Shown: positions 1 to 8,133 of the stretch, in pieces | Layout of the letters: the number at the start of each line of letters is the position of its first letter | How positions within the stretch are numbered: position 1 is the stretch's first letter | Assembly: GCA_002716355.1 (NCBI GenBank) | Contig: PBAU01000005.1 | Coordinates: forward strand, 1-16,380 | DNA from: a bacterium | GTDB lineage: Bacteria > UBP7 > UBA6624 | Direction of reading: 5' to 3' | Length of the DNA: 16,380 nucleotides | Program-made: the position numbers and the translations under genes | Notes under the pieces: model-generated | The model's input: the letters and a program-made list of their open reading frames with translations, nothing else | Database searches by the model: none | What the model was told of the DNA's origin: nothing

Positions 1-79
1 CGAGGAGGCAGCCGAAGAGGTGGTCGAGGAGGCAGCCGAAGAGGTGGTCGAGGAGGCAGCCGAAGAGGTGGTCGAGGAG
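1..79 (+). repeat. Perfect 24-nt tandem repeat (CGAGGAGGCAGCCGAAGAGGTGGT), three full copies plus a 7-nt partial copy, cut by the window edge. It is in frame and encodes (EEAAEEVV)n.
   Basis: Positions 1-24, 25-48 and 49-72 are identical, and 73-79 repeats the first 7 nt. The unit has 16/24 G+C in an otherwise AT-rich window. The reading frame is open from position 2. Confidence 0.95.
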
Positions 80-535
80 AATGAAAATATATATCCAACA
101 AAAATAATGTCTGATATTGAGTCAAGCGATATTCATAAATGGCTACAACCAATCAATTTAATGTTTTCAATTTTTAGAAATATTGACCTAGAGAAATTAG
201 AAAAAGAAAGAGTTTTTCAACAAGATTTCAAATCAGGATATTGGAAAAGCGTATGGATGCCACAACAAAATTCAATACAAATTGACATCAGTGGAGTGTT
301 GAAAAGCAAAATGCATTGGCCTCCTGCAAGCTTACCTTTTGCTCCTTTGCTGTTCCTTGAGGATGAAGTTAGTTATGAGATTGAAGGTGGCATAGAGGTT
401 AAAACAACAATGAGCTCAAATGAAATTCTTGACATTCAATTTAGTACCCAGAAGAAAATAGATGCGCCCTGGACTGAATCAATCAATGGAGAGCGTCAAA
501 TAAAAATAAAAATACTCAAAGGTCAAAATGAATAA
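2..535 (+). CDS. Hypothetical protein, 5'-partial. It has an acidic EEAAEEVV repeat region followed by a C-terminal domain of about 150 aa with no family I recognise.
   Basis: The frame is open to the window start, so the GTG at 20 in the ORF track is probably not the true start because it lies inside the repeat. The TAA stop is at 533-535. The gene overlaps the leuS ATG (528) by 8 nt. Confidence 0.6.
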   Translation, partial: EEAAEEVVEEAAEEVVEEAAEEVVEENENIYPTKIMSDIESSDIHKWLQPINLMFSIFRNIDLEKLEKERVFQQDFKSGYWKSVWMPQQNSIQIDISGVLKSKMHWPPASLPFAPLLFLEDEVSYEIEGGIEVKTTMSSNEILDIQFSTQKKIDAPWTESINGERQIKIKILKGQNE

Positions 536-2906
536 AAACCAAGAGTACGAATTTCAAAAAAAAGATTCATTTTGGCAAAAAACCTGGGAAGAAAAACAAG
601 TATTTAAGGTTTCAGATGATTCAAAAAAAGAAAAAAAATACATTTTAGACATGTTTCCCTACCCTTCAGGGGAAGGCCTACATGTAGGACACCCAAAAGG
701 ATACCTTGCTACAGATACATATTGCAGATTCTTAAGAATGTCAGGTTTTAATGTACTTCACCCCTTAGGATGGGATGCTTTTGGCTTGCCTGCAGAACAA
801 TTTGCACTAAAAACAGGTAAACATCCAAGAGAGGCAGTAAAAAGAAATGTAAAAAGATTCAAATCTCAAATAAAAATGCTTGGATTGGGTTTTGACTGGG
901 ATAGAGAAATAAACACAACAGATGAAAAATACTACAAATGGACACAATGGATATTTTTAAAACTTTTTGAAAGGGGCCTTGCTTACCAAGCTGAAATACC
1001 TGTAAATTGGTGCCCTGAGCTAAAAACCGTTCTTGCAAATGAAGAGGTTGTCAATGGTGTTTCTGAAATAGGGGGGCATCCTGTAGTACGAAAGCCAATG
1101 AAGCAATGGATGCTGAAGATCACAGCTTATGCAGACAGGTTGCTTGAAGACCTAGATGACCTAGACTGGCCTGAACCAATAAAAGAAATGCAAAGAAACT
1201 GGATTGGAAAATCCGAGGGTGCAAAAATTGTTTTTAAAACAACAGAAAATGAAAATATTGAAGTTTTCACAACGAGACCTGACACACTTGAAGGTTCAAC
1301 ATATCTGGTCCTTGCACCAGAACACTCATTGGTTTCCAAAATTTCATCAAAAGAAAATTCAAAAGACATTCAGAAATATCAAGATGAATGTTCAAGGTTA
1401 AGTGATCTTGAAAGAACAGGGCCAGAAAGCGATAAAACAGGTGTAAACACAGGTGCTTTAGCAACCAACCCGATAACAGGTGAAAAAATGCAAATATGGA
1501 TAAGCAGTTATGTTTTAGGTCATTACGGAACTGGAGCAATCATGGCTGTACCAGCACACGATCAAAGAGATTGGGATTTTGCAAAAAAATACCAATTGCC
1601 AATAAAGCCAGTTGTCCATCACCCTAATTTAAAACATGATTTTGAAAAATCAGCTTTTGAAGAGCATGGCTTCTCTTCAACTCCAAAAGAAGAAAATATT
1701 GCAACAGAAAAAGCAATTGAATCAATGATTTCCTGGATTGAACAAAGCAATATAGGCGAAGGTTCAATCTCCTACAAATTAAGAGATTGGCTATTCAGTA
1801 GGCAAAGATATTGGGGTGAACCAATCCCTATCATACATACTGAAAATGGACCCATTCCCGAAGAGAAACTGCCTTTAACGTTGCCATTACTGGAAAAAAT
1901 ACAACCTACAGGCGATGGTCAAAGCCCTTTGGCTCTTGCAAAAGAGTGGCTGAATGCAAAAAAAGGAAACCGAGAAACAAATACGATGCCCCAGTGGGCA
2001 GGTTCATGTTGGTATTATTTAAGGTATCTCGATCCAGACAATTCTGAAAAACTTATCGATCCAGAAATAGAAAAAAACTGGATGCCTGTCGATCTTTATG
2101 TTGGAGGAGCAGAGCATGCTGTCTTACATCTTCTTTATGCGAGATTTTGGCATAAAGTTCTTTATGACATAGGTGCTGTCTCCACAAAAGAGCCATTCAA
2201 AAAACTACTGAATCAAGGCATGATACAAGGTTCTGATGGTCAAAAAATGAGCAAATCAAGAGGCAATGTTGTAAATCCAGATGAAATAATCAAAGAATAT
2301 GGTTCTGATGTCTTCAGGATGTATGAAATGTTCATGGGGCCTTTTGAAGGCTCTGCACCTTGGAACACTGAGGGGATATCGGGCATAAAAAGATTCTTAA
2401 ATAAATCTTGGAAAATTCTTTTATCTGAAGATTCACAAAAAGACTCTAACGAAAAAATAAGGCATAAAACAATACTTAAGGTAACAGATGATATTGAAAA
2501 ATTTTCATTCAATACATGCTTGTCATCATTAATGATATATCTTAAAAATTTAGAAGAAAACGGCAGCTCTGAAGAGGATAAGGATACATTTTTAAAATTA
2601 CTTACTCCATTTGCTCCACATATGTGTGAAGAGGTTAACCTTGTTCGGAAAGGGTCAAAGATGGCATGTGAGCTAGATTGGCCTAAGGGTGATGCTGAAA
2701 AAACTATTGAAGATATTATGGAAATGCCTGTAATGGTCAATGGAAAATTACGAGCAAGAATGCAGGTCAAACAAACTGATTCAACAAATGAAAATCTTTT
2801 GCAGGAGATGGCGTTGAAGGAAGAAAATGTAATCAATTTCCTTGCGGGAAAAGATCCAAAAAAAATAATTGTCATAAAGGGAAAGATAGTAAATATAGTC
2901 ATCTAA
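528..2906 (+). CDS. leuS: Leucine--tRNA ligase (bacterial-type class I aaRS)
   Basis: HIGH-type motif in PYPSGEGLHVGHPKGY. KMSKS motif present. CP1 editing-domain signatures TTRPDTL and AVPAHDQRDWDFAKKY. LRDWLFSRQRYWGEPIPI block. 792 aa. Confidence 0.97.
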   Translation: MNKNQEYEFQKKDSFWQKTWEEKQVFKVSDDSKKEKKYILDMFPYPSGEGLHVGHPKGYLATDTYCRFLRMSGFNVLHPLGWDAFGLPAEQFALKTGKHPREAVKRNVKRFKSQIKMLGLGFDWDREINTTDEKYYKWTQWIFLKLFERGLAYQAEIPVNWCPELKTVLANEEVVNGVSEIGGHPVVRKPMKQWMLKITAYADRLLEDLDDLDWPEPIKEMQRNWIGKSEGAKIVFKTTENENIEVFTTRPDTLEGSTYLVLAPEHSLVSKISSKENSKDIQKYQDECSRLSDLERTGPESDKTGVNTGALATNPITGEKMQIWISSYVLGHYGTGAIMAVPAHDQRDWDFAKKYQLPIKPVVHHPNLKHDFEKSAFEEHGFSSTPKEENIATEKAIESMISWIEQSNIGEGSISYKLRDWLFSRQRYWGEPIPIIHTENGPIPEEKLPLTLPLLEKIQPTGDGQSPLALAKEWLNAKKGNRETNTMPQWAGSCWYYLRYLDPDNSEKLIDPEIEKNWMPVDLYVGGAEHAVLHLLYARFWHKVLYDIGAVSTKEPFKKLLNQGMIQGSDGQKMSKSRGNVVNPDEIIKEYGSDVFRMYEMFMGPFEGSAPWNTEGISGIKRFLNKSWKILLSEDSQKDSNEKIRHKTILKVTDDIEKFSFNTCLSSLMIYLKNLEENGSSEEDKDTFLKLLTPFAPHMCEEVNLVRKGSKMACELDWPKGDAEKTIEDIMEMPVMVNGKLRARMQVKQTDSTNENLLQEMALKEENVINFLAGKDPKKIIVIKGKIVNIVI

Positions 2907-2907
2907 T

Positions 2908-3846
2908 ATGGAAAGTTTTGACAAATGGCTAGAAGGTTTCAATCCCACTGAAGATTACATTAAAGGTTTTGAATCAGGAAAATCACATGCATTCTCAACA
3001 TCAAGCAAACCAACATTGATCATAGGGATGGGAGGATCAGGAATTGCTGGCTCTATACTTTCTACATTCTCTCCAAAAAACAAAAAGATATACTCTGTAA
3101 ATGATTACTATGAAATAGAAAGCTTCCATGAACGAGTTACTGGCAAGTACAAACCAAAAAAATTCTTAAGCAATTCAAAAGGTTGGGCAAATTTAATATT
3201 TTGCTCCTATTCGGGAAATACTGAAGAAACGTTAAGTTGGCTTAAGGTTGCCTCTTTAACCAGCTTTTCCATAACAACAGGTGGCAAACTTGCTGAAAGC
3301 TCATCGAGAAAAATCACAATGAACCATCCTGGACCTCCAAGAAGGTCGATTTATGAATGTTTAGGCATCCTTGATGGTTTAACAGCAAAGGGTAATCGCT
3401 TTTGGGATGGACAAAAACCCACTCAAGAATTAATTCAAAAAACAATAGACACAGCCAAAGCATGGGCAGATGAAAAAGTGCTTCCATGGATGTTGGTTCC
3501 AGCAAAATGTCACCCAATTGCAAGAAGGTGGACTGGAATGATTCAAGAAGATGCCAAAATACCAGCTGGATTTGGAATAATCCCCGAAGCAGCACATAAC
3601 CAAATAGAAGCACTTGGAAGTAATTTTTTAAAGACTGGATTGATATTGATTGATGCAGAATCAACCAAGAAAGAAAATTCAAAAATTTTAAAAGTTTTTG
3701 AAGATAAACATACAATGATGCTTCCACAAATACACCCAATCCAACTTTGCATTTTGGGTGATTATTTTGCAGCCTCTTTAGCGGCATCATTAAATATTGA
3801 CATGAACGCGATTCCAACTATAGAAAAATATAAAAAAATTAAATAG
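2908..3846 (+). CDS. SIS-domain sugar-phosphate isomerase resembling the bifunctional phosphoglucose/phosphomannose isomerase (archaeal-type PGI/PMI) family
   Basis: GMGGSGIAGS phosphosugar-binding loop, SYSGNTEET motif and a C-terminal PEAAHNQIEA motif, all typical of PGI/PMI-type proteins of about 300-320 aa. The ATG is 1 nt after the leuS stop. Confidence 0.65.
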   Translation: MESFDKWLEGFNPTEDYIKGFESGKSHAFSTSSKPTLIIGMGGSGIAGSILSTFSPKNKKIYSVNDYYEIESFHERVTGKYKPKKFLSNSKGWANLIFCSYSGNTEETLSWLKVASLTSFSITTGGKLAESSSRKITMNHPGPPRRSIYECLGILDGLTAKGNRFWDGQKPTQELIQKTIDTAKAWADEKVLPWMLVPAKCHPIARRWTGMIQEDAKIPAGFGIIPEAAHNQIEALGSNFLKTGLILIDAESTKKENSKILKVFEDKHTMMLPQIHPIQLCILGDYFAASLAASLNIDMNAIPTIEKYKKIK

Positions 3847-3896
3847 ATTAGAAAATCTCCATCATTAAATCAGGTACAATTTGTATACAAAAATTT

Positions 3897-3901
3897 AGGA
3901 G
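3897..3901 (+). promoter_or_regulatory. Shine-Dalgarno site (AGGAG) for the lipoprotein gene
   Basis: AGGAG lies 7 nt upstream of the ATG at 3909. Confidence 0.7.
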
Positions 3902-3908
3902 TTTTTTT

Positions 3909-4433
3909 ATGAAAAAAATTACATTTTTACTATTTTCTTTAATTATTTTTTCATCCTGTAAAACAATTACTGTTGGCAAAACTGGAGATGTTCTTATTCA
4001 AGCAAATGTTTCTGGAGCAACAGCAACAATAGAAGGTTATGGAACGTTTCAGCTGCCGGCAACAATAGCTCTTAACAAAGCAGAGGCTAATTATTGGAAT
4101 ATTGAAGTTTGCAAAAAGGGGTATGATTGTCAAATTCTTGTTGTACAGCGAAAATCTGATTGGTTCGGAGTGCTTGTGGGAAATGCTTTATTTGGGGGAT
4201 TACCTGGTCTAATAATTGATTACGGGACAGGTGCAGCTTACGAACTTTCAACACCAACCCTATTAGCAGCTTTATCTAAAAGTGAAATAGAAATTGAAGC
4301 TGCTCTTCTAGAGGAAAATACCGAAGATTACATAATTTTAACAATTTTCGATATTGAACACACCCCAACATGGATTGCTGAAGGAATCATCGCAGAACAC
4401 CAAATGACAAAAAGCAACAGGGGAATAAGGTAA
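3909..4433 (+). CDS. Putative lipoprotein, possibly with a PEGA-like beta domain followed by a Gly-rich GNALFGGLPGLIIDYGTGAAY segment
   Basis: Signal peptide with lipobox (LIIFSSC). Good SD site. Intergenic gap of 62 nt upstream. The domain call comes only from pattern resemblance. Confidence 0.65.
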   Translation: MKKITFLLFSLIIFSSCKTITVGKTGDVLIQANVSGATATIEGYGTFQLPATIALNKAEANYWNIEVCKKGYDCQILVVQRKSDWFGVLVGNALFGGLPGLIIDYGTGAAYELSTPTLLAALSKSEIEIEAALLEENTEDYIILTIFDIEHTPTWIAEGIIAEHQMTKSNRGIR

Positions 4434-4446
4434 AAATACAATTATT

Positions 4447-4472
4447 TTGGGGGTATATTTTCATACCCCCAA
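4447..4472. terminator. Hairpin between convergent genes: perfect 10-bp stem TTGGGGGTAT / ATACCCCCAA with a 6-nt loop. Likely a bidirectional terminator or RNA-stabilising stem.
   Basis: The perfect inverted repeat was read directly. It sits in the 44-nt gap between the stops at 4433 (+) and 4478 (-). There is no clean U-tract on the + strand and only a partial one on the - strand. Confidence 0.55.
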
Positions 4473-4477
4473 ACAAA

Positions 4478-4786
4478 CTAATATAAACCCATATAACCAG
4501 CTTGGTCACCAACAGTAATATTGTCATCAATCTCTTCAACACCCTCAACAGCCTTAACAATAGCTATGATTATTTCTTTTTGCATTTCATTGTCAACATT
4601 GCCATGCAATCCAACCCTACCCTTATTAACAATAATACTTAATTCACGAAGAAAGAAAACGATCTTTTTTTCTTTAGCAAGCTCTTGCTCAATAGCTATC
4701 TTCAGACTGTCATCAGCCTGTTTTTGCTCCCAGATACTACAGCTTGAGAAAAAAAACAACAAGAAAACAAAAAATATTTTTTTCAT
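4478..4786 (-). CDS. BON-domain lipoprotein
   Basis: Lipobox signal peptide (LLFFFSSC). The segment LSIIVNKGRVGLHGNVDNEMQKEIIIAIVKAVEGVEEIDDNITV matches the BON-domain pattern. Confidence 0.75.
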   Translation of the reverse strand: MKKIFFVFLLFFFSSCSIWEQKQADDSLKIAIEQELAKEKKIVFFLRELSIIVNKGRVGLHGNVDNEMQKEIIIAIVKAVEGVEEIDDNITVGDQAGYMGLY

Positions 4787-4819
4787 ACTAATAAGATTTT
4801 AAATGCTAGCATCAGATAT

Positions 4820-5590
4820 TTAATCTTCATCAAATAATTTTTGAAAAACAAGATAGTCTGAAAGCTTGTCAAGGTCAACCCCTAACCCGAAAGCATCTGT
4901 TTTGTAAGGGGTTAGATTTATGCCTAAACGATTTTTTATATCAGATGAAATCTGTTTCAATGACTTAGTCCCAGTTATGATTCCAAAAACAAAACCTAAA
5001 CCTATGAGCTTAGCTAGGGCAACTGGATTTTTCCTATTCTCAATCAAGCTATCCAAAAAATTAACAACTCTTTCGAATTCATGAATTTTTCCTAATATGA
5101 CATTGCCACCAGTAAATTGACCTTCAGGCGTTCTGAGATATGTTCTATTTTTAACAAGATTTAAATCCAGAGAGCTTTTTGAAATCATTGGGTAAACAAT
5201 CCCGCTTAAACTCTCAGCGGATTTTAATAATGATGTGATTGCTGAAGCGTTAACTAGTGGCAAATCAGCTGCTGCTAAAACTAAATTATCATTTTCTTGA
5301 CATCTAGATATAGCATCTTTAACTTGGGATGAAAGGCCCCCTTTATGTAATTTCAAAAAATTTATCCTATTCATATCGTCACCTAAAAAAGGTTTCAAAG
5401 CCTTGTCAAGACCCTCTGGGGCATACATGCTTATCTCATCTACATCGGGACAATTCAAGAAAGATTGCAATGCAGGCAAAACTATTGGTTTGGACTGAAG
5501 TTTTATCATGGCTCTGTAATTGACACCAGTCACTTTTTTTAACGCCTTCTTGCATTTGCCCCCAGCAAACAGTATCACTTTCCATTTCAT
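4820..5590 (-). CDS. MobA-like (NTP_transf_3-type) nucleotidyltransferase family protein, substrate unknown
   Basis: N-terminal VILFAGGK nucleotide-binding loop. LAAADLPLV acidic motif as in MobA-like enzymes. I prefer the ATG at 5590-5588 because it forms an ATGA overlap with the ispE stop. The ORF-track start at 5626 would overlap ispE by 40 nt. Confidence 0.65.
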   Translation of the reverse strand: MKWKVILFAGGKCKKALKKVTGVNYRAMIKLQSKPIVLPALQSFLNCPDVDEISMYAPEGLDKALKPFLGDDMNRINFLKLHKGGLSSQVKDAISRCQENDNLVLAAADLPLVNASAITSLLKSAESLSGIVYPMISKSSLDLNLVKNRTYLRTPEGQFTGGNVILGKIHEFERVVNFLDSLIENRKNPVALAKLIGLGFVFGIITGTKSLKQISSDIKNRLGINLTPYKTDAFGLGVDLDKLSDYLVFQKLFDED

Positions 5591-6432
5591 ATTATTAAAC
5601 TTCCTATTTTTGGGCCGTAGTCGCAATGCTTTTCGAAAAAACTCATAATATTATTTAAATCTGAACCTTCCTTACAGAGAGTAAATATACCATTCCCAGA
5701 ACCTGTCATTGAAATGAAACCGTAATCTTTTCTGTATGAATTCAAGAAAAATTTCATTTTTTCACGTTTTAAGCAAATAACTCTTTCTAAATCATTCAAG
5801 ATGCTATCTTTCCCTAGCTTAGAAATTGAAGGATTGGAAAAGAATGAATCGGTGCTGTTGCCGCTTTCGAAACCTGAAAGATCCCACCATCCATATGCAT
5901 CAGGTGTAAGGACAGGTTCATCAATAGCGCCAAATACAACTTGCAAACCTTCATTTTCAATTTGAACCTTTTCAATATTTTCACCCAGGCCAGACACCCT
6001 GCAGGCTCCGCCTTGTGAAAAATAAAAAACATCGCTTCCTATCTTTGTTGCAATTCCTTGCAAGTCGTCATTATCAATTTTTAATCCATAAAAATTTGAA
6101 AGTATCCTAAAGACACTCCATGCATTTGAAGATCCAGAACCAAAACCAGATCCTGGCGGTACCTTCTTGCAAAGATGGAACCCGCCTTCCCTCTTTATGC
6201 CAAAGTGTTCACAAAACAAAGCATGTGCCCGGCACACTAGATTCGAATCATCTTCTGGAACATCAAAGCCTTTGACTTTGATTGGGAAAGCACTTGTCGG
6301 ATCAAATGAAATTTTGTCTCCATAATCAACCTCCAAAAACAAACTATCAATATCATGGTAACCATCGTTTCTGAGGTTGAGAATGTCTAAAGTTAAATTG
6401 ATTTTTATATTTGAAACATCTGTATGCATCAC
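5587..6432 (-). CDS. ispE: 4-diphosphocytidyl-2-C-methyl-D-erythritol kinase (GHMP kinase, MEP pathway)
   Basis: N-terminal KINLTLDILNLRNDGYHDIDSLFLEVDYGDKISF block typical of IspE. GHMP motif PPGSGFGSGSSNA. C-terminal MTGSGNGIF. The start is either GTG 6432 or ATG 6429, and both overlap the upstream TGA stop (6431-6429). Confidence 0.85.
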   Translation of the reverse strand: MMHTDVSNIKINLTLDILNLRNDGYHDIDSLFLEVDYGDKISFDPTSAFPIKVKGFDVPEDDSNLVCRAHALFCEHFGIKREGGFHLCKKVPPGSGFGSGSSNAWSVFRILSNFYGLKIDNDDLQGIATKIGSDVFYFSQGGACRVSGLGENIEKVQIENEGLQVVFGAIDEPVLTPDAYGWWDLSGFESGNSTDSFFSNPSISKLGKDSILNDLERVICLKREKMKFFLNSYRKDYGFISMTGSGNGIFTLCKEGSDLNNIMSFFEKHCDYGPKIGSLII

Positions 6433-7664
6433 TCTAATTCTGACAGAAGATCTTCTGTGCTTTTAAGAGCCTTAGCGAAACATTCTAAAAATCTATCTAT
6501 CTGAGATTCATTGACCACCAAAGGGGGCTCTAGCCTGATAACCTCAGGATTATTCAAAGTGTAAGCGATCATAATTCCATCATTTGCTAAACCACTCATG
6601 ATAATGCTTGCCACATCACTGTTTTTGAACTGAACACCAACCAATAAGCCTTGGCCTCTTATGTCTAAAACCAATGATGAATCAATCTCCCTTAATCCAT
6701 CCATTAACTTGGTACCCATCAATTCAGCATTTCTTGAAAAATCTTCCTCTACAGCAGCATCAAGAGCTGCTATAGCTGCAGCACATGCAATATGATTGCC
6801 TCCAAAAGTTGAGGAATGCAGCAAGGGGTTTTCGTCAAACAAGCTCCAGACATCAGCAGTTGCAACGGTTGCTCCTATAGGCATCAAACCTCCTCCTAAA
6901 GATTTTGCGAGGCAGAGTATATCGGGTTGGATTCCATCATGCTCACATGCAAAAAGCTTTCCGGTTCTTCCTATTCCTGTTTGAACCTCATCAGCTATGA
7001 GCAAAACTCCTGCTTCCTCAGTAATTTCTCTTGCAGCAGCCAGATAACCTTTTCTCGGAACCCTTACGCCAGCCTCACCTTGGACAGGCTCAACAATAAA
7101 TGCAGCTGGTTTTGATTCCATCGCATTTTTCAAAGCATCAATGTCATCAAACTCAATCGAACTAAAAGAAGGCAAAAGAGGTTCGAATGCCTTCCTGAAC
7201 GATTCCCTTCCAGCAGCTGAAAGAGAACCTAAGCTTTTTCCATGATATGACCCAGCCGTATGAACGATACCCTGTCTTCCAGTTCTTGCCTTTGCAAACT
7301 TGATTGCAGCTTCAACAGCCTCAGTCCCGGAGTTTGAAAAAAATGAATAACACAAATTGCCAGGGGTAAGATCGGCAAGTTTTTTTGCTAATCTAGCCTG
7401 GTCACCATTCAATAAAACCTTGCTGGAAAGACCCATTGAGCTCAATTTCTCCTTTACGGCATTAACAACCTTCGGGTGCAGGTGACCATGATTCAAAGCT
7501 CCAAAAGATCCAAGAAAATCAAGAAGGACTCTTCCGTCGGCTGTTTTTACCTCACAGCCACTTGCAGTCATCTCCTCAGTATCAAAACCCAAAAAAGCAA
7601 CAAGGTTAAAAAGACCTTCCGAAATGTTCTCTTTGTAAGCGTTTACTAATTGTTTGTTATCCAT
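6429..7664 (-). CDS. Class-III PLP-dependent aminotransferase, putrescine/ornithine-type (PatA/YgjG-like or ArgD-like)
   Basis: SNSGTEAVEAAIKFAK, EPVQGEAGV and LLIADEVQTGIGRTGKLFACEH motifs. The PLP lysine lies in DILCLAKSLGGG. The protein reads most like putrescine aminotransferase along its whole length. Confidence 0.9.
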   Translation of the reverse strand: MDNKQLVNAYKENISEGLFNLVAFLGFDTEEMTASGCEVKTADGRVLLDFLGSFGALNHGHLHPKVVNAVKEKLSSMGLSSKVLLNGDQARLAKKLADLTPGNLCYSFFSNSGTEAVEAAIKFAKARTGRQGIVHTAGSYHGKSLGSLSAAGRESFRKAFEPLLPSFSSIEFDDIDALKNAMESKPAAFIVEPVQGEAGVRVPRKGYLAAAREITEEAGVLLIADEVQTGIGRTGKLFACEHDGIQPDILCLAKSLGGGLMPIGATVATADVWSLFDENPLLHSSTFGGNHIACAAAIAALDAAVEEDFSRNAELMGTKLMDGLREIDSSLVLDIRGQGLLVGVQFKNSDVASIIMSGLANDGIMIAYTLNNPEVIRLEPPLVVNESQIDRFLECFAKALKSTEDLLSELE

Positions 7665-7674
7665 GATTGAAAGT

Positions 7675-8133
7675 TTAATTCATAAAAAATGTTTCTAATT
7701 CTTTTTCGATGTATTCTGGAAAACCATAAGTAACATCAGTAACAATTCCATTCTGGATGTAATAAAAAGCTGGCAGAACCGCAGGAAAAAGATTTTTTGT
7801 GCCCATTTTCTTCACATCCCCATAATACTCATCAGAGCCAACATCAGATAACTTGATGTAGTAAATTTCTTCATGAAAACCAGAACTGATTGACTTAATC
7901 TCATCCCACATTTCATGATCCTTAAAGAGGATTATCACAAGCTTATCCTGTGAGTCTGTATCCAAAAGGGTGTATTCTTCAGAATCACCTATGTTCGCAT
8001 AAACCTCATTGAGCAATGTTCCTCTTTGAATAAATTGTGAGGTGTTGAACCAATAGATGGCACCAAACAAAAATACCGCCAAAGCGGACACAAGGAAAAC
8101 GCCTTTCTTTGGTTTTTTCATTAGGATTAACAT
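7675..8133 (-). CDS. Hypothetical membrane-anchored protein, possibly with a thioredoxin-like fold but containing no cysteine
   Basis: N-terminal KKPKKG followed by a hydrophobic helix (VFLVSALAVFLFGAIYWF). The pattern LVIILF...IYYIKL...LPAFYYIQNGIV resembles thioredoxin beta1, beta2 and the cis-Pro beta3. The sequence has no Cys. An alternative start is the ATG at 8121. Confidence 0.5.
   Translation of the reverse strand: MLILMKKPKKGVFLVSALAVFLFGAIYWFNTSQFIQRGTLLNEVYANIGDSEEYTLLDTDSQDKLVIILFKDHEMWDEIKSISSGFHEEIYYIKLSDVGSDEYYGDVKKMGTKNLFPAVLPAFYYIQNGIVTDVTYGFPEYIEKELETFFMN

Noticed and set aside
1-79. Whether the left-edge repeats are a CRISPR array
   Set aside because: The units are directly adjacent with no spacers, are only 24 nt long, and lie in an open reading frame encoding a regular acidic peptide repeat. 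This is a coding tandem repeat, not a CRISPR array.
500-540. T-box leader upstream of leuS, and a purine riboswitch upstream of purB (12900-12950)
   Set aside because: Both genes start inside the preceding ORF (8-nt and 11-nt overlaps), so there is no leader space for a structured RNA.
623-638. A7-G-A8 homopolymer runs inside leuS as a possible slippage or phase-variation site
   Set aside because: The reading frame is intact through an essential gene, and Lys-rich A-runs are expected in an AT-rich genome. There is no sign of a frameshift.
2240-2902. Long antisense ORFs inside well-supported genes. Examples: 2240-2902(-) in leuS, 3314-3817(-) in the SIS gene, 4521-4802(+) opposite the BON gene, 8445-9044(-) in glmS, 11722-12258(-) in the DsbA gene and 13040-13501(-) in purB.
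   Set aside because: Each lies fully within a gene whose product has clear family motifs. Their translations are low-complexity, Ser/Leu/Phe/Ile-rich and lack any recognisable motif. This is the usual shadow-ORF pattern on the opposite strand of genuine coding sequence.
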